From IMG/VR virus record IMGVR_UViG_3300047457_001050, positions 1-54,163 of that record: a DNA stretch of 54,163 nucleotides, one strand, 5' to 3'. Position numbers and translations under genes: made by a program. This stretch comes from a virus. Lineage: Duplodnaviria; Caudoviricetes. Under the pieces are notes generated by a model. The model had not been told where the DNA came from. It ran no database searches and was given only the letters and a program-made list of their open reading frames with translations. Below are positions 10,309 through 19,573 of the stretch, in pieces; the stretch's first letter is position 1; each line of letters opens with the position of its first letter.

Positions 10309-10675
10309 GTTATTCTTAGGTCTAATATTTTTTTTAATAACAGGTTGCTCTACAATTCAATCAGGTGTTGACACTGTTAAGAAATATTGGCCTAGAGACC
10401 ATGATCCTGTGATGTTTGACAAGGTAGTTGAAATACATATAGCCATAGAAAACCTTAATTGTGAGCAACCTGATTATTCTGAACTTGTGCCAAAGGCAAT
10501 TAGACTGAGCAGATATGCTGAATTGCGCAATGATCCGCAGGCAGAAAATCTTAAAGGACTAGAGGCTCACATATTAAAACTTAGATCTAGCACAAACAAA
10601 ATCTTTTGTGAACTAGGTAAAAAGACAGCATTACAGAGACTTGACGTAGCAATTAACGCATGGAGAAAGCGATGA
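10301..10675 (+). CDS. Predicted lipoprotein
   Basis: Start at ATG 10301 gives MNKLFLGLIFFLITGC, a signal peptide II with lipobox. Confidence 0.65.
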   Translation: MNKLFLGLIFFLITGCSTIQSGVDTVKKYWPRDHDPVMFDKVVEIHIAIENLNCEQPDYSELVPKAIRLSRYAELRNDPQAENLKGLEAHILKLRSSTNKIFCELGKKTALQRLDVAINAWRKR

Positions 10676-10869
10676 CAATGGGACACCCTTTAATACAAGA
10701 AATCAGCAATATAGAAGCAGCCTATCGTGGTGGGCAACTCAGTCTCGAAGAGCGTAATTATCTTTTACAGGAAATAAAAGAAGTTCGTGCTGCTCAAGAG
10801 TGTGCAGGCAATGAAGAAATGTTCAGGTATATAGTGCAAGCCGTACATATTGCGGCTAGCGTAGTTTGA
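10660..10869 (+). CDS. Hypothetical protein
   Basis: Overlaps both neighbours in the operon; start codon uncertain. Confidence 0.5.
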   Translation: MEKAMTMGHPLIQEISNIEAAYRGGQLSLEERNYLLQEIKEVRAAQECAGNEEMFRYIVQAVHIAASVV

Positions 10870-11576
10870 TGTGGATGATCGTATGGACACTGATAGCCAC
10901 ACACATAACAATAATTTGCGTGACGCTATATCTACACAGGGGCATGGCACACCGTGGTATCGTGTTTCATCCCCTATTAAGCCACTTTATGAGGTTGTGG
11001 TTATGGCTGACTACTGGTATGGTTACAAAAGAGTGGATGGCAGTTCATCGTGCGCATCATAGATATAGCGACCAGCCAGGCGATCCGCATAGTCCTGTTG
11101 TTTTTGGCCGTTACAATATTCTCTTACGTGGCGTTAGATATTATCGTATGGCTCTTGAGGGAGGGATACTGGCCAAGACCTACGCTCCCGATGCGCCCTC
11201 TGATTGGATAGAACGAAAAATTTATTCCGAACTTCCATGGTTAGGAATTACTCTACTGCTAATTATAAATGTTTTATGTTTTTCATTGTGGGGAGTTTTA
11301 ATATGGTTAGTTCAAATGGCTTGGATACCATTTTGGGCAGCAGGCGTAATCAACGGTGTAGGACACTGGTTAGGATATAGAAATGGACGCACGGAAGATA
11401 ATAGTAGGAACATTTGTCCTTGGGGTATTGTTATTGGTGGAGAGGAGTTGCACAACAACCACCATCTTAACCCAGCGAGTGTTAAATTATCACGCAAATG
11501 GTTTGAAATAGACATAGGCTATATATACTTAAAGATGTTTGAGTTTTTACATTTGGCTAAGATTAGGGAGATATAA
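10869..11576 (+). CDS. Membrane fatty acid (acyl-CoA, delta-9 type) desaturase
   Basis: Three His boxes HRGMAH, HRAHH and HNNHH; WFEIDIG; TM helices. Confidence 0.92.
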   Translation: MWMIVWTLIATHITIICVTLYLHRGMAHRGIVFHPLLSHFMRLWLWLTTGMVTKEWMAVHRAHHRYSDQPGDPHSPVVFGRYNILLRGVRYYRMALEGGILAKTYAPDAPSDWIERKIYSELPWLGITLLLIINVLCFSLWGVLIWLVQMAWIPFWAAGVINGVGHWLGYRNGRTEDNSRNICPWGIVIGGEELHNNHHLNPASVKLSRKWFEIDIGYIYLKMFEFLHLAKIREI

Positions 11577-11577
11577 G

Positions 11578-12585
11578 GTGGCAATAAGAAGAATTGTTAG
11601 TGTTCATTTTAATGAAGATTATGACCAACTCAAAGATGAAATGTTTTATGATTCTGATACTAACACAATCATTATACCAGATGAAGGTGGTCTTAGAAAA
11701 ATCATTTCAGCGCCGTTAGAAGAAACAGTATCAGAGGCTGTTCCTGGTCCTAAAGGTGATCAAGGAGAACCAGGTCCTGCTGGTAGAGATGGAGTTGATG
11801 GACCTCAGGGACCTCAGGGAGAAAAAGGAGAACCTGGTAGAGATGGTATAGATGGAGCACCTGGACCTAAAGGTGATCAAGGAGAACCAGGTCCTGCTGG
11901 TAGAGATGGAGCACCTGGTCCTAAAGGTGAAAAGGGAGACCAAGGTATACAGGGCGTACAAGGTCCTGCTGGTCGAGATGGACTACAAGGACCAAAGGGA
12001 GATTCAGGACAAGATGGAACTCCTGGTCGAGATGGTGTAGGTATCTCTACCGCAACTATTACCAATGGTTTCCTTATTATTACTAAAACAGATGGAACTA
12101 CTGTTAATGCTGGAAGTGTTGCTACCACATCTACAAGTTCAACAACACGATCAAGTGGTCCTGTAATGGTAGGAGGTGCTCCTAATCCATTCGCTCCCGT
12201 TATAGTCTCAGCACCCCCAGGTTACAAGGCGGCTAACATTGATGACGGTGTTGAATTATCATTGGACACATTGGCTGTTCAGTTAGCCCCTAGTGGTAGT
12301 CGTAGTTTACAATTTAGAACAACTAGCGGAACCTTATCAGTAAACATCACAGGACAGATCTACTGGGCCAAAGGTGACTATACAGGAAATTGGAGTGCTA
12401 ATTATTGGAATGGAAACACATTAACTACAGCATGGCTACAACCATTTACATGGAGTTTTCCATGGCAGGGCGACATGGCCATATACAATGTTCAAGATAT
12501 GACCAATCGTAGATTTTATAGAATCACACTAAGTATAGGTGGTGGTTACAAAAAGAATACAATTATTATAGAGAGAATGGTCTAG
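11578..12585 (+). CDS. Collagen triple-helix repeat protein (probable virion fibre)
   Basis: Long uninterrupted Gly-X-Y run followed by a beta-rich C-terminal domain; GTG start after GGAG. Confidence 0.8.
   Translation: MAIRRIVSVHFNEDYDQLKDEMFYDSDTNTIIIPDEGGLRKIISAPLEETVSEAVPGPKGDQGEPGPAGRDGVDGPQGPQGEKGEPGRDGIDGAPGPKGDQGEPGPAGRDGAPGPKGEKGDQGIQGVQGPAGRDGLQGPKGDSGQDGTPGRDGVGISTATITNGFLIITKTDGTTVNAGSVATTSTSSTTRSSGPVMVGGAPNPFAPVIVSAPPGYKAANIDDGVELSLDTLAVQLAPSGSRSLQFRTTSGTLSVNITGQIYWAKGDYTGNWSANYWNGNTLTTAWLQPFTWSFPWQGDMAIYNVQDMTNRRFYRITLSIGGGYKKNTIIIERMV
11743..11910 (+). repeat. 51-bp direct repeat within the collagen coding region
   Basis: 11743-11793 and 11860-11910 differ at one base; both encode PGPKGDQGEPGPAGRDG. 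Confidence 0.85.
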
Positions 12586-13814
12586 TAACCATAGTTCCCA
12601 GGGTCGTTCTTAAATTTAATTTCATCTAATAACGACTCTCCTTCTATCTTCCAATTGGTAAAATCAGTCTTGTTAATTGTATTCATTAACAGTTGAAGTT
12701 TGTTCTGCGCTGAAGGTTCAAACAGTCCTCTCAATACCCACAACCATAAAAACTGTTGATGTTTTTCACCAATCTTATTATAGTAGTCGCATAATTTTAA
12801 CATAGCAGGCTGACTCTTTCTACGAGCCATAGTGACTAACTGTTCTACAGCATCTGTGATTTCATTCTGACTACTATGAGGATCTTCCATAATTGTAGAA
12901 CTGTATTCCATTTGTGCTTCTGGATTGGTCTTTGCGGCCTGTTTTAAAAATTGTAATCCAAGGCTACGATGAACACCCAACGGTCCTTGTAGCAGTTTAT
13001 ATATTGTCATAGCACGATCGCTGTCTATGCCCTTACAGTATTCACTTAATATAGCAACTACCACATGACGAAGTTCTACAGGCACTAATTCCTTGCCGGA
13101 CATGTCTAATAGTTCATTAAGGCTTGGTCCACATTTTTTTGTTATACGCCACATCAACACACGAGTAGCAGGACCAAATTGTCGATCACGTTTGAGATTT
13201 TGTGCGTCCTGTAGAGATTTACCTACAGCAGGTTTATCATTAACCACACTCTTTATCAGTTCTTCTTTACTGTATTTTACACTTTCTTTATGAACTACAT
13301 TGGGATTCTTTTGAGCACCTTTGATCTTAACAGCATAAATTTTAATAGGGTCTTTGATATTTTTAAATGACTGTGGACCACGCCATTCTATTTCTAAATT
13401 AGATATTTTACCACTTACAGCATCGAAAACTTGGCTGCTAAAGCAAACACCACCGAGGTCAGCAGTGCTTTCTATACGAGCAGCAATGTTTACAGTGTCG
13501 CCCATGAGATTATCACCGTAGGCAAAAACCTCTCCCAGATGTAGTCCAATCCGCCAGCGCATGTCTATGTTTAATGACTGTATTTTATTTTGAATTTCGT
13601 AGGCACATTTTACAGCATCTGTGGCACTGGGAAATTCAGCGAGAACAGCATCTCCTGCTGTGTTAAAAATACGACCATTATATGTTTTAATAGAAGGGTC
13701 AATAATAGACCTACATTGATCTAATTTGCGCAGTGTTCCTTCTTCATCTGCGCCCATCATACGACTATAACCAATTACATCACTACATAATATTGTGGTT
13801 AGTTTTTTGTCCAT
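12582..13814 (-). CDS. Soluble class III nucleotide cyclase with helical (Sel1/TPR-like) C-terminus
   Basis: SDVIGYS, AGDAV, RIGLHLG, GDTVNIAAR and FKNI motifs. Confidence 0.85.
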   Translation of the reverse strand: MDKKLTTILCSDVIGYSRMMGADEEGTLRKLDQCRSIIDPSIKTYNGRIFNTAGDAVLAEFPSATDAVKCAYEIQNKIQSLNIDMRWRIGLHLGEVFAYGDNLMGDTVNIAARIESTADLGGVCFSSQVFDAVSGKISNLEIEWRGPQSFKNIKDPIKIYAVKIKGAQKNPNVVHKESVKYSKEELIKSVVNDKPAVGKSLQDAQNLKRDRQFGPATRVLMWRITKKCGPSLNELLDMSGKELVPVELRHVVVAILSEYCKGIDSDRAMTIYKLLQGPLGVHRSLGLQFLKQAAKTNPEAQMEYSSTIMEDPHSSQNEITDAVEQLVTMARRKSQPAMLKLCDYYNKIGEKHQQFLWLWVLRGLFEPSAQNKLQLLMNTINKTDFTNWKIEGESLLDEIKFKNDPGNYGY

Positions 13815-13941
13815 TTAACACCTTATGGGTTTGACTCCGTTTAAAGTTATACCTAGTTTCTGCCATTCGTCTGCGTTTCCTATCACAAAGTAGGGCCAGA
13901 ACCAATGTGTTACAAATATCTTTACATACGAATCTATAAGG

Positions 13942-15996
13942 CTACTTGCTAGTTGCTCTGAATACGCCGTCCCAATCTGATGGTAATCCTGCACTGGCCA
14001 TTTCATGAATGCGTTCGGTCCATAGTTCATAGTAGTGATCCATTTGTCCATCAAATTTTCCTTTAAGATTTTCTACTGCTTTCAGCGCCTTATTCCATTG
14101 TTGAGCACGATAGTAGGCCAACATTTCATCATGGCGTTCTTTATCTGCTAGCCATTGACTGATCTTACCTTCTTCTGGATTATAGAACACCGTATGAATG
14201 GTTACGCCTTCTTTTTTACCCTTCACTGCTATACAATCTAGTTCTAATGTAAAATATTGATTGTCTAGTCTTTGAGCAGTTTCTGGACCTAGCACAATTA
14301 GCACGCCATAGTTCTTGCTTTGTCCTTCTAAGCGGCTGGCCAAATTAACTGCGTCACCCAAACAAGTATAGTCAAAACGTTGCTCACTGCCCATATTGCC
14401 GACGACAACAACCCCAGTGTTAATACCAATACCCATACCAAAAGCAGGTGTTCCTTCCTTTGCGATTTCATCGTTAAACTCCTTGAGATTGCCTAACATT
14501 TCAAGGGCTGCTTTGACACTTTGACGACAATGCCAATTATCATCAATAGGGCTGTTCCAAAATGCCATTTGAGCATCACCGATATATTTGTCTAGTGTGC
14601 CGTGGTTTTCAAGAATACGCTTGGTCATGGCTGTCATATAACGGTTCATTATCTTAGTTAACCCTTGAACATCTTTGCCATAGTGTTCTGATATTGATGT
14701 AAAGCCACGCACATCTGTAAACATAATTGACAGTTCTTTTTCTTCACCGCCCAGTTTAAGTAGGCTAGGATCTTTGATCAGTTTGGCCACAAGATCCGGT
14801 GATAGGTAACTTTGAAATTGTTTGCGTATCTGTTGTTTCTGGAGGAATTCGCTTATAAATTTAACCGTATAAGCATGTAGTGCTACAAGAAGAATACTAA
14901 GGGTAGGCAAAGTAGCATCAATAAGCCACCTATAATTACTATACCCGTACATACTGCCTGCCACACATGAACCAGCAAGAATAATATAAAATCCGATACC
15001 GACATAGACCCACCTTGATAAAAAGATTAAAACGATGCCAAATACAGCAATGGCGCCTAATTCGGCGGCATCTGCCCAGTCGGGTCTCTGTATGTGACTC
15101 TGTGTAGTTAGTGTTCCTAGCACTGTGCCCTGTAAAAAGTGAGGCCATACCTCTCCTTTAGCAGTTGCCACAGGATTAGACAAGCCTGCTGCTGATAATC
15201 CCACAATAACAATCTCACCATTAAATGAATCCGGTAAAGTCATTAAACTATGTTCCTTAGGCGTTGCTGCCCAATCGATCCATATACGACCTAGAGGATC
15301 AGTAGGAATTTTTCCTATTTTTGGAACTCTTAATGCCTCTACACCTATGTCACCTATCTTTACTTGAACTTTAGGATCTTGTGCGGCTACTCTTAGAGTT
15401 TCTAATGCTAGAGCAGGGTGTAATTTACCTTGGCTGGCAATAACTAGAGGCATACGACGGACCACCCCGTCTATCTCAGGAAAGGTGTTTACAACGCCAT
15501 ATCCTGCGGCCTGTCCTGTTATTATGGCCACTGAACTGATTACGCCTGGATACTCTACAACTTTTCCCTGGGGATCTTGGCCAACGACCTGAGTATTAGG
15601 TGGTTGTGTGGCATTACGTTCTTTTGTATGTCCTAATACTGGAAGAACCACAGGGTGCGTTTTAAGATATTGTGCTAGTTCTTTATCTTCTTTAAACCTA
15701 TCTTGCTCAGGCATTAACACGTTAAAGACTACCAAACCTGCGTTTCTTTTGTAAAGTTCTTCAATTATTTCCTTATAGTCTCCTCTAGGAAAAGGCCATT
15801 GACCCATTTTCTCTAGAGTAGCCTCATCAATGTTTACTGTATGAACAGGAACATCTACTCGAGGTTGACTGGTTATAAGTTGATCAAAATACCGTAGTCT
15901 AACAGATTCTACAAAACTTGGATCAAAGAATCTTAATGCTATAACTGCTATAAGTGTGAGCAAGGCCCACCAAGGGTTAAGTATAATCTTTCTCAT
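13942..15996 (-). CDS. CHASE2-domain membrane adenylate/guanylate cyclase
   Basis: N-terminal TM; CHASE2 motifs IDEATL..GQWPFPR and DGVVRR; three TMs; FTDVRGFT, DKYIGDA, GNMGSEQRFDYTCLGDAVNLASRLE. Confidence 0.93.
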   Translation of the reverse strand: MRKIILNPWWALLTLIAVIALRFFDPSFVESVRLRYFDQLITSQPRVDVPVHTVNIDEATLEKMGQWPFPRGDYKEIIEELYKRNAGLVVFNVLMPEQDRFKEDKELAQYLKTHPVVLPVLGHTKERNATQPPNTQVVGQDPQGKVVEYPGVISSVAIITGQAAGYGVVNTFPEIDGVVRRMPLVIASQGKLHPALALETLRVAAQDPKVQVKIGDIGVEALRVPKIGKIPTDPLGRIWIDWAATPKEHSLMTLPDSFNGEIVIVGLSAAGLSNPVATAKGEVWPHFLQGTVLGTLTTQSHIQRPDWADAAELGAIAVFGIVLIFLSRWVYVGIGFYIILAGSCVAGSMYGYSNYRWLIDATLPTLSILLVALHAYTVKFISEFLQKQQIRKQFQSYLSPDLVAKLIKDPSLLKLGGEEKELSIMFTDVRGFTSISEHYGKDVQGLTKIMNRYMTAMTKRILENHGTLDKYIGDAQMAFWNSPIDDNWHCRQSVKAALEMLGNLKEFNDEIAKEGTPAFGMGIGINTGVVVVGNMGSEQRFDYTCLGDAVNLASRLEGQSKNYGVLIVLGPETAQRLDNQYFTLELDCIAVKGKKEGVTIHTVFYNPEEGKISQWLADKERHDEMLAYYRAQQWNKALKAVENLKGKFDGQMDHYYELWTERIHEMASAGLPSDWDGVFRATSK

Positions 15997-16026
15997 GATA
16001 CTTTATTTATTTGGTAAAAAAAGATC

Positions 16027-16055
16027 TTGACCTTGTATAATCGAGGTGCTATACT
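16027..16055 (+). promoter_or_regulatory. Sigma70-type early promoter
   Basis: TTGACC, 17-nt spacer, TATACT with an extended TG. Confidence 0.8.
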
Positions 16056-16101
16056 TATTCTAACTGCTGAGAAGCAGTGTAAAAATCTAAGAGGAAATAA
16101 A

Positions 16102-16371
16102 ATGTTATATTCTATCAATGAAGGCACCAAAACTCACAAACTTTTCACCGCACTTAAGTCAGGTGAGAAACTAACTCCTGCGCAAGCAGAGAAGCGTTTT
16201 GGTATTAAGAACATTTCAGCAGAAGCAAGCCGCATCCGTCAGGCTGGATATGCTGTATATGCTAACAGCCGTAAAGCAGGCAATGGTGTTCAGGTCACTG
16301 AATATGTAATGAGCCAGCCCAGCCGTCGTTTGATTGCTGCCGGTTATCGTGCTCTACAACTTGGTCTGTAA
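16102..16371 (+). CDS. Small basic winged-HTH-like DNA-binding protein
   Basis: GAGG SD before ATG 16102; LTPAQAEKRFGIKNISAEASRIRQAGY helix-turn-helix pattern; own promoter and terminator. Confidence 0.6.
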   Translation: MLYSINEGTKTHKLFTALKSGEKLTPAQAEKRFGIKNISAEASRIRQAGYAVYANSRKAGNGVQVTEYVMSQPSRRLIAAGYRALQLGL

Positions 16372-16390
16372 TTAGATCCAGTCCAAACTA

Positions 16391-16414
16391 AAAGGCCCTT
16401 AGGGGCCTTTTTTT
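16391..16414 (+). terminator. Intrinsic terminator
   Basis: AAAGGCCC-TTAG-GGGCCTTT followed by a T run. Confidence 0.85.
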
Positions 16415-16446
16415 ATTAAATAAAAAGATTTTGTATAGGACAATTT

Positions 16447-17163
16447 ATGGAAATACTATCATTTGAATTCTTATGGGCTTTACTAGCCATCATCTTAATA
16501 GACGTCGTATTAGGTGGTGAAAATGCCCTAGTCATTGCCATGGCTGCTAATAAGTTACCCGAAAATCTAAGAAAGCGAGCCATGATATGGGGAACATTTG
16601 GTGCTGTGGCAGTGAGGTTCGCCTGTGTGGCAGCACTTACATATTTGTTGATGATTCCCGGTCTTAGGTTTGTAGGTGGTCTTATGCTTATATGGATCGC
16701 ATGGCGTCTTACTACAGGCAATGATGATCACAGCGATGTTAAGGCTAGTGATACATTCTGGGGAGCAATGGCAACTATTGTTCTAGCAGATGCTGTGATG
16801 GGACTAGATAATGCGCTAGCCATTGCTGGTGCTGCTAATGGAAACTGGATCCTGATTATATTTGGACTTCTTGTCAGTGTTCCTATTATCTTGTTTGGTA
16901 GCACAATAGTAGCACGTATTATGGAACGTCATCCTGACACAATCTTTATCGGCGCATTCGTGTTATATGCTGTGGCCTTTAAGATGATCGTAGCAGAACC
17001 CTTTGTTGACCAGTTTATTGATCCATTACATGATTGGTCCGAAATGGGACTCCCTTGGGTTCTAGCAGTTGTTTTAACCTGTAAGCAATATTATAGAACA
17101 CGCATAAGGAAATCGAAAAATGAAACCAGTTCTACTTCAGACACTGATAGCAGCACGGAATAA
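16447..17163 (+). CDS. TerC/YjbE-family integral membrane protein
   Basis: IDVVLGGENALVIAMA and LADAVMGLDNALAIAGAA motifs; multiple TMs. Confidence 0.9.
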   Translation: MEILSFEFLWALLAIILIDVVLGGENALVIAMAANKLPENLRKRAMIWGTFGAVAVRFACVAALTYLLMIPGLRFVGGLMLIWIAWRLTTGNDDHSDVKASDTFWGAMATIVLADAVMGLDNALAIAGAANGNWILIIFGLLVSVPIILFGSTIVARIMERHPDTIFIGAFVLYAVAFKMIVAEPFVDQFIDPLHDWSEMGLPWVLAVVLTCKQYYRTRIRKSKNETSSTSDTDSSTE

Positions 17164-17287
17164 AAATACAACCAAGCCTGACTTTAAAGATATAGATCCT
17201 GTCCATGGTGGTCACAAGGACAGGTCAGGGTTTATTGTATTTTTAATATTGGTTGTTTCTGTTATCTTAGCATTAGGAATGAGTTAG
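17120..17287 (+). CDS. Unannotated 55-aa ORF with C-terminal TM helix
   Basis: AAGGA SD; MKPVLLQ...SGFIVFLILVVSVILALGMS. Confidence 0.4.
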   Translation: MKPVLLQTLIAARNKNTTKPDFKDIDPVHGGHKDRSGFIVFLILVVSVILALGMS

Positions 17288-17385
17288 TCTTTTCGCCTAC
17301 GCCGCCATACAATTATGTTAGGCACTACTATGGCGGCGGTAATGGCAAATACTGCTAAGACAAATAACCATAATTCTGTAGTCAT
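17284..17385 (-). CDS. Unannotated 33-aa single-TM peptide (MTTELWLFVLAVFAITAAIVVPNIIVWRRRRKD)
   Basis: ATGA overlap with the upstream stop, GGAG SD, TM helix with a positively charged tail. Confidence 0.5.
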   Translation of the reverse strand: MTTELWLFVLAVFAITAAIVVPNIIVWRRRRKD

Positions 17386-17597
17386 TCTAACTTCTCCCCA
17401 CAATGCGGACAGCGTTTAGTGTCCTTACGATGTTGATGTAGAACATCTTCCCATTCTTTTATTTCTTTTATAATCTTTTTCAGTGTTCTACGGCAACGGA
17501 TGGGTTTGTCTTTGTCTAATTCATCTTTAAGACGTTTTCTAAGTTGTCCTACTCGTTGTTCAAACACACCTAAAAATCCACCGGTTGATTCACTCAT
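17382..17597 (-). CDS. Small protein with C-terminal CPHC zinc-knuckle motif
   Basis: RCPHCGEKL; translationally coupled to neighbours. Confidence 0.55.
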   Translation of the reverse strand: MSESTGGFLGVFEQRVGQLRKRLKDELDKDKPIRCRRTLKKIIKEIKEWEDVLHQHRKDTKRCPHCGEKLE

Positions 17598-18595
17598 TAT
17601 ATGCCTCTATTAGATTGTCACGAAATATCGTCCAGGCAGCATCCCATGACCACCTTTGACTACCAAGTATAACATCGTTTCTATCTAATATCAAGCATTC
17701 TGTTATAGCCTGTTTGAGATTATCTCTCAAATATCCTGTCCGTCCATGATCAACAACATCTTGCGGTCCCTGGACAGGATATGCTGCCACTGGTGTGCCA
17801 CAGGCCATGGCTTCTATCATGACAATGCCAAATGTTTCCCAGCGTGAGGGAAATACAAATACATCAGCATTGGCATAGTAAGTGGCCAATTCATCACCAC
17901 GCTTAAATCCCACAAACTCTACATTGGGATACTTTTCTTCTAATTCTGCCCTATAAGGACCATCTCCCACCATGATTTTACGAGCACCGAAATAGTCCAA
18001 GGAACAAAAATCATCCAAGTTCTTTTCCTTGCTGACACGACTGACACAGACCAATACAACTTCTCCTGCTCGTTTTGTTCGTAGTTCAGGACGAAACACG
18101 GATCTATCTACACCACGAGTCCATGGTATGATATTACCACGTAGTCCTTTGCTCTCTAATTGACGGACCATTGATTCTGTGGTTGTCAATACTCGACCTG
18201 TATGTTTATGAAACCACTTTATGTAACGCCAAGTTATTGATTCAGGAATGCCAAGAAGGGTATATAGTCCTTCAGGGAACTTAGTGTGATAAGCAGTATT
18301 ATACCTAATATGATGTTTTGTAAGATATTTTCGAGCCCACAGACCCACAGGACCCTCCGTGGCGATATGGTAATAATCCGCACCGATCTCCTCAATCTTC
18401 TCGCCCATCTTCCTCGGAAGGGCAAGTTTGACTTCGTTATAGATAGGGCAATCAACATGGGCTGAAGTCCCCGGGAGTAATATAAACAAACTGATAACTG
18501 TCACGAAGCGCACACGCCTCAATATTCGAATATGTTGTAACGACGCCATTAATTTGATTTGGTAGGTTGTCTGTTATGATCAATATTTTTTTCAC
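17590..18595 (-). pseudogene. GT4 glycosyltransferase (Agt-like glycolipid synthase) interrupted by a 1-nt frameshift near 18459-18461
   Basis: GTG at 18595 gives VKKILIITDNLPNQINGVVTT...ITPGDFS in one frame; HVDCPIYNEVKL..HIATEGPVG..VSRVSKEKN..ETFGIVMIEAMACG continues in another frame. Confidence 0.8.
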
Positions 18596-18755
18596 ATCTG
18601 CCCTCCACTCGAAACCAGGGAAACTTGACCCAGTAGTTCATGTTTTTAAGTGCCTGTTCGCAACTGGCCTGATCACGAAATTCTAATTGTATACGCCCAG
18701 GTATATCTGTAGCGTCATAGATATTAACCACTATGAGGAATAAGATCCACGTCAT
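18549..18755 (-). CDS. Small hypothetical protein with N-terminal hydrophobic segment
   Basis: MTWILFLIVV...F.DQASC..A...C pattern; overlaps both flanking genes. Confidence 0.5.
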   Translation of the reverse strand: MTWILFLIVVNIYDATDIPGRIQLEFRDQASCEQALKNMNYWVKFPWFRVEGRCEKNIDHNRQPTKSN

Positions 18756-19497
18756 CTCGGTCTCGAGTCCAGTAGATGATCTCCCAACGGCCATCTAAAT
18801 GCTCAACTAAGGCGGAACATGATTCCACCCAGTCACCATCATTCATATATACAACACCATTTATTTCTTTGATTTCTGCTTTGTGTATGTGTCCGCAGAT
18901 GACTCCGTCAAAACCACGCTTACGGCAATAGTCACTGAGATTACGCTCAAAATGAAAAACAAAATCCACAGCCCGTTTGACACGTTGTTTAAGATATTGA
19001 CTAAGACTCCAGTAACCGAATCCAAATCTATGCCTCCAGCGATTGAAGGCTGTATTGAATATGAGTAGTAGGTCATAGGCCTTGTCCCCTAAAAAACTGA
19101 TCCAAGGTGTCAGTCTTGCTATACCATCAAAAAGGTCACCATGGACCACTAAGTATTTACGCCCATCTATGCCCATATGATCTGCTTGGTTACAGATATG
19201 GATACGACCAAAGGCAATATTGTAGGGCATCATTGGTCTTAGAAATTCATCATGATTACCTGCCACATAGACCACTTCAGTGCCTCGTTTGGCATGTCCT
19301 AATATTCTACGCACTACATTTGAGTGACTTTGACGCCAGTGCCATTTGTTTTGTTGTATTTTCCATCCATCTATAATGTCACCAACCAGATATAATTTTT
19401 TGGCAGAATTATGCTTGAGAAAATTATTGAGCACATCGGCCTTACAGCCTTTTGACCCAAGGTGTATGTCTGAAATGAATATGGTTTGGTATTCCAT
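18724..19497 (-). CDS. LpxH-like metallophosphoesterase, PlcP-type phospholipase C by context
   Basis: ISDIHLG, LVGDIIDGW, GNHDE, HGDLFD, CGHIH and NDGDWVESCSAL motifs; adjacent to GT4 and pstS. Confidence 0.85.
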   Translation of the reverse strand: MEYQTIFISDIHLGSKGCKADVLNNFLKHNSAKKLYLVGDIIDGWKIQQNKWHWRQSHSNVVRRILGHAKRGTEVVYVAGNHDEFLRPMMPYNIAFGRIHICNQADHMGIDGRKYLVVHGDLFDGIARLTPWISFLGDKAYDLLLIFNTAFNRWRHRFGFGYWSLSQYLKQRVKRAVDFVFHFERNLSDYCRKRGFDGVICGHIHKAEIKEINGVVYMNDGDWVESCSALVEHLDGRWEIIYWTRDRDDVDLIPHSG

Positions 19498-19518
19498 AAT
19501 ATTATTTACGGAATAAAT

Positions 19519-19547
19519 GTTAAAAAATTATTACATTTTAGTTAAAG
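19519..19547 (-). promoter_or_regulatory. Degenerate Pho-box-like repeat upstream of the plcP-like gene
   Basis: CTTTAAC-TAAA-ATGTAAT-AATT-TTTTAAC, heptamers at 11-bp period. Confidence 0.45.
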
Positions 19548-19573
19548 TTTAGTCCAGGACAATATGATAGAAA

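Noticed and set aside
11731-12128. Repetitive alternative-frame and antisense ORFs; possible CRISPR-like repeats
   Set aside because: Fully explained by Gly-X-Y collagen codons; there is no repeat-spacer structure.
13815-14054. 79-aa minus-strand ORF between the two cyclases
   Set aside because: Nearly half overlaps the CHASE2 cyclase C-terminus in another frame, and I saw no in-frame ATG in the free gap. It is not excluded but is unsupported.
18462-18549. N-terminus MASLQHIRILRR... of the 319-aa GT ORF
   Set aside because: Artefact of the frameshift; the real GT4 N-terminus is in another frame from 18595.
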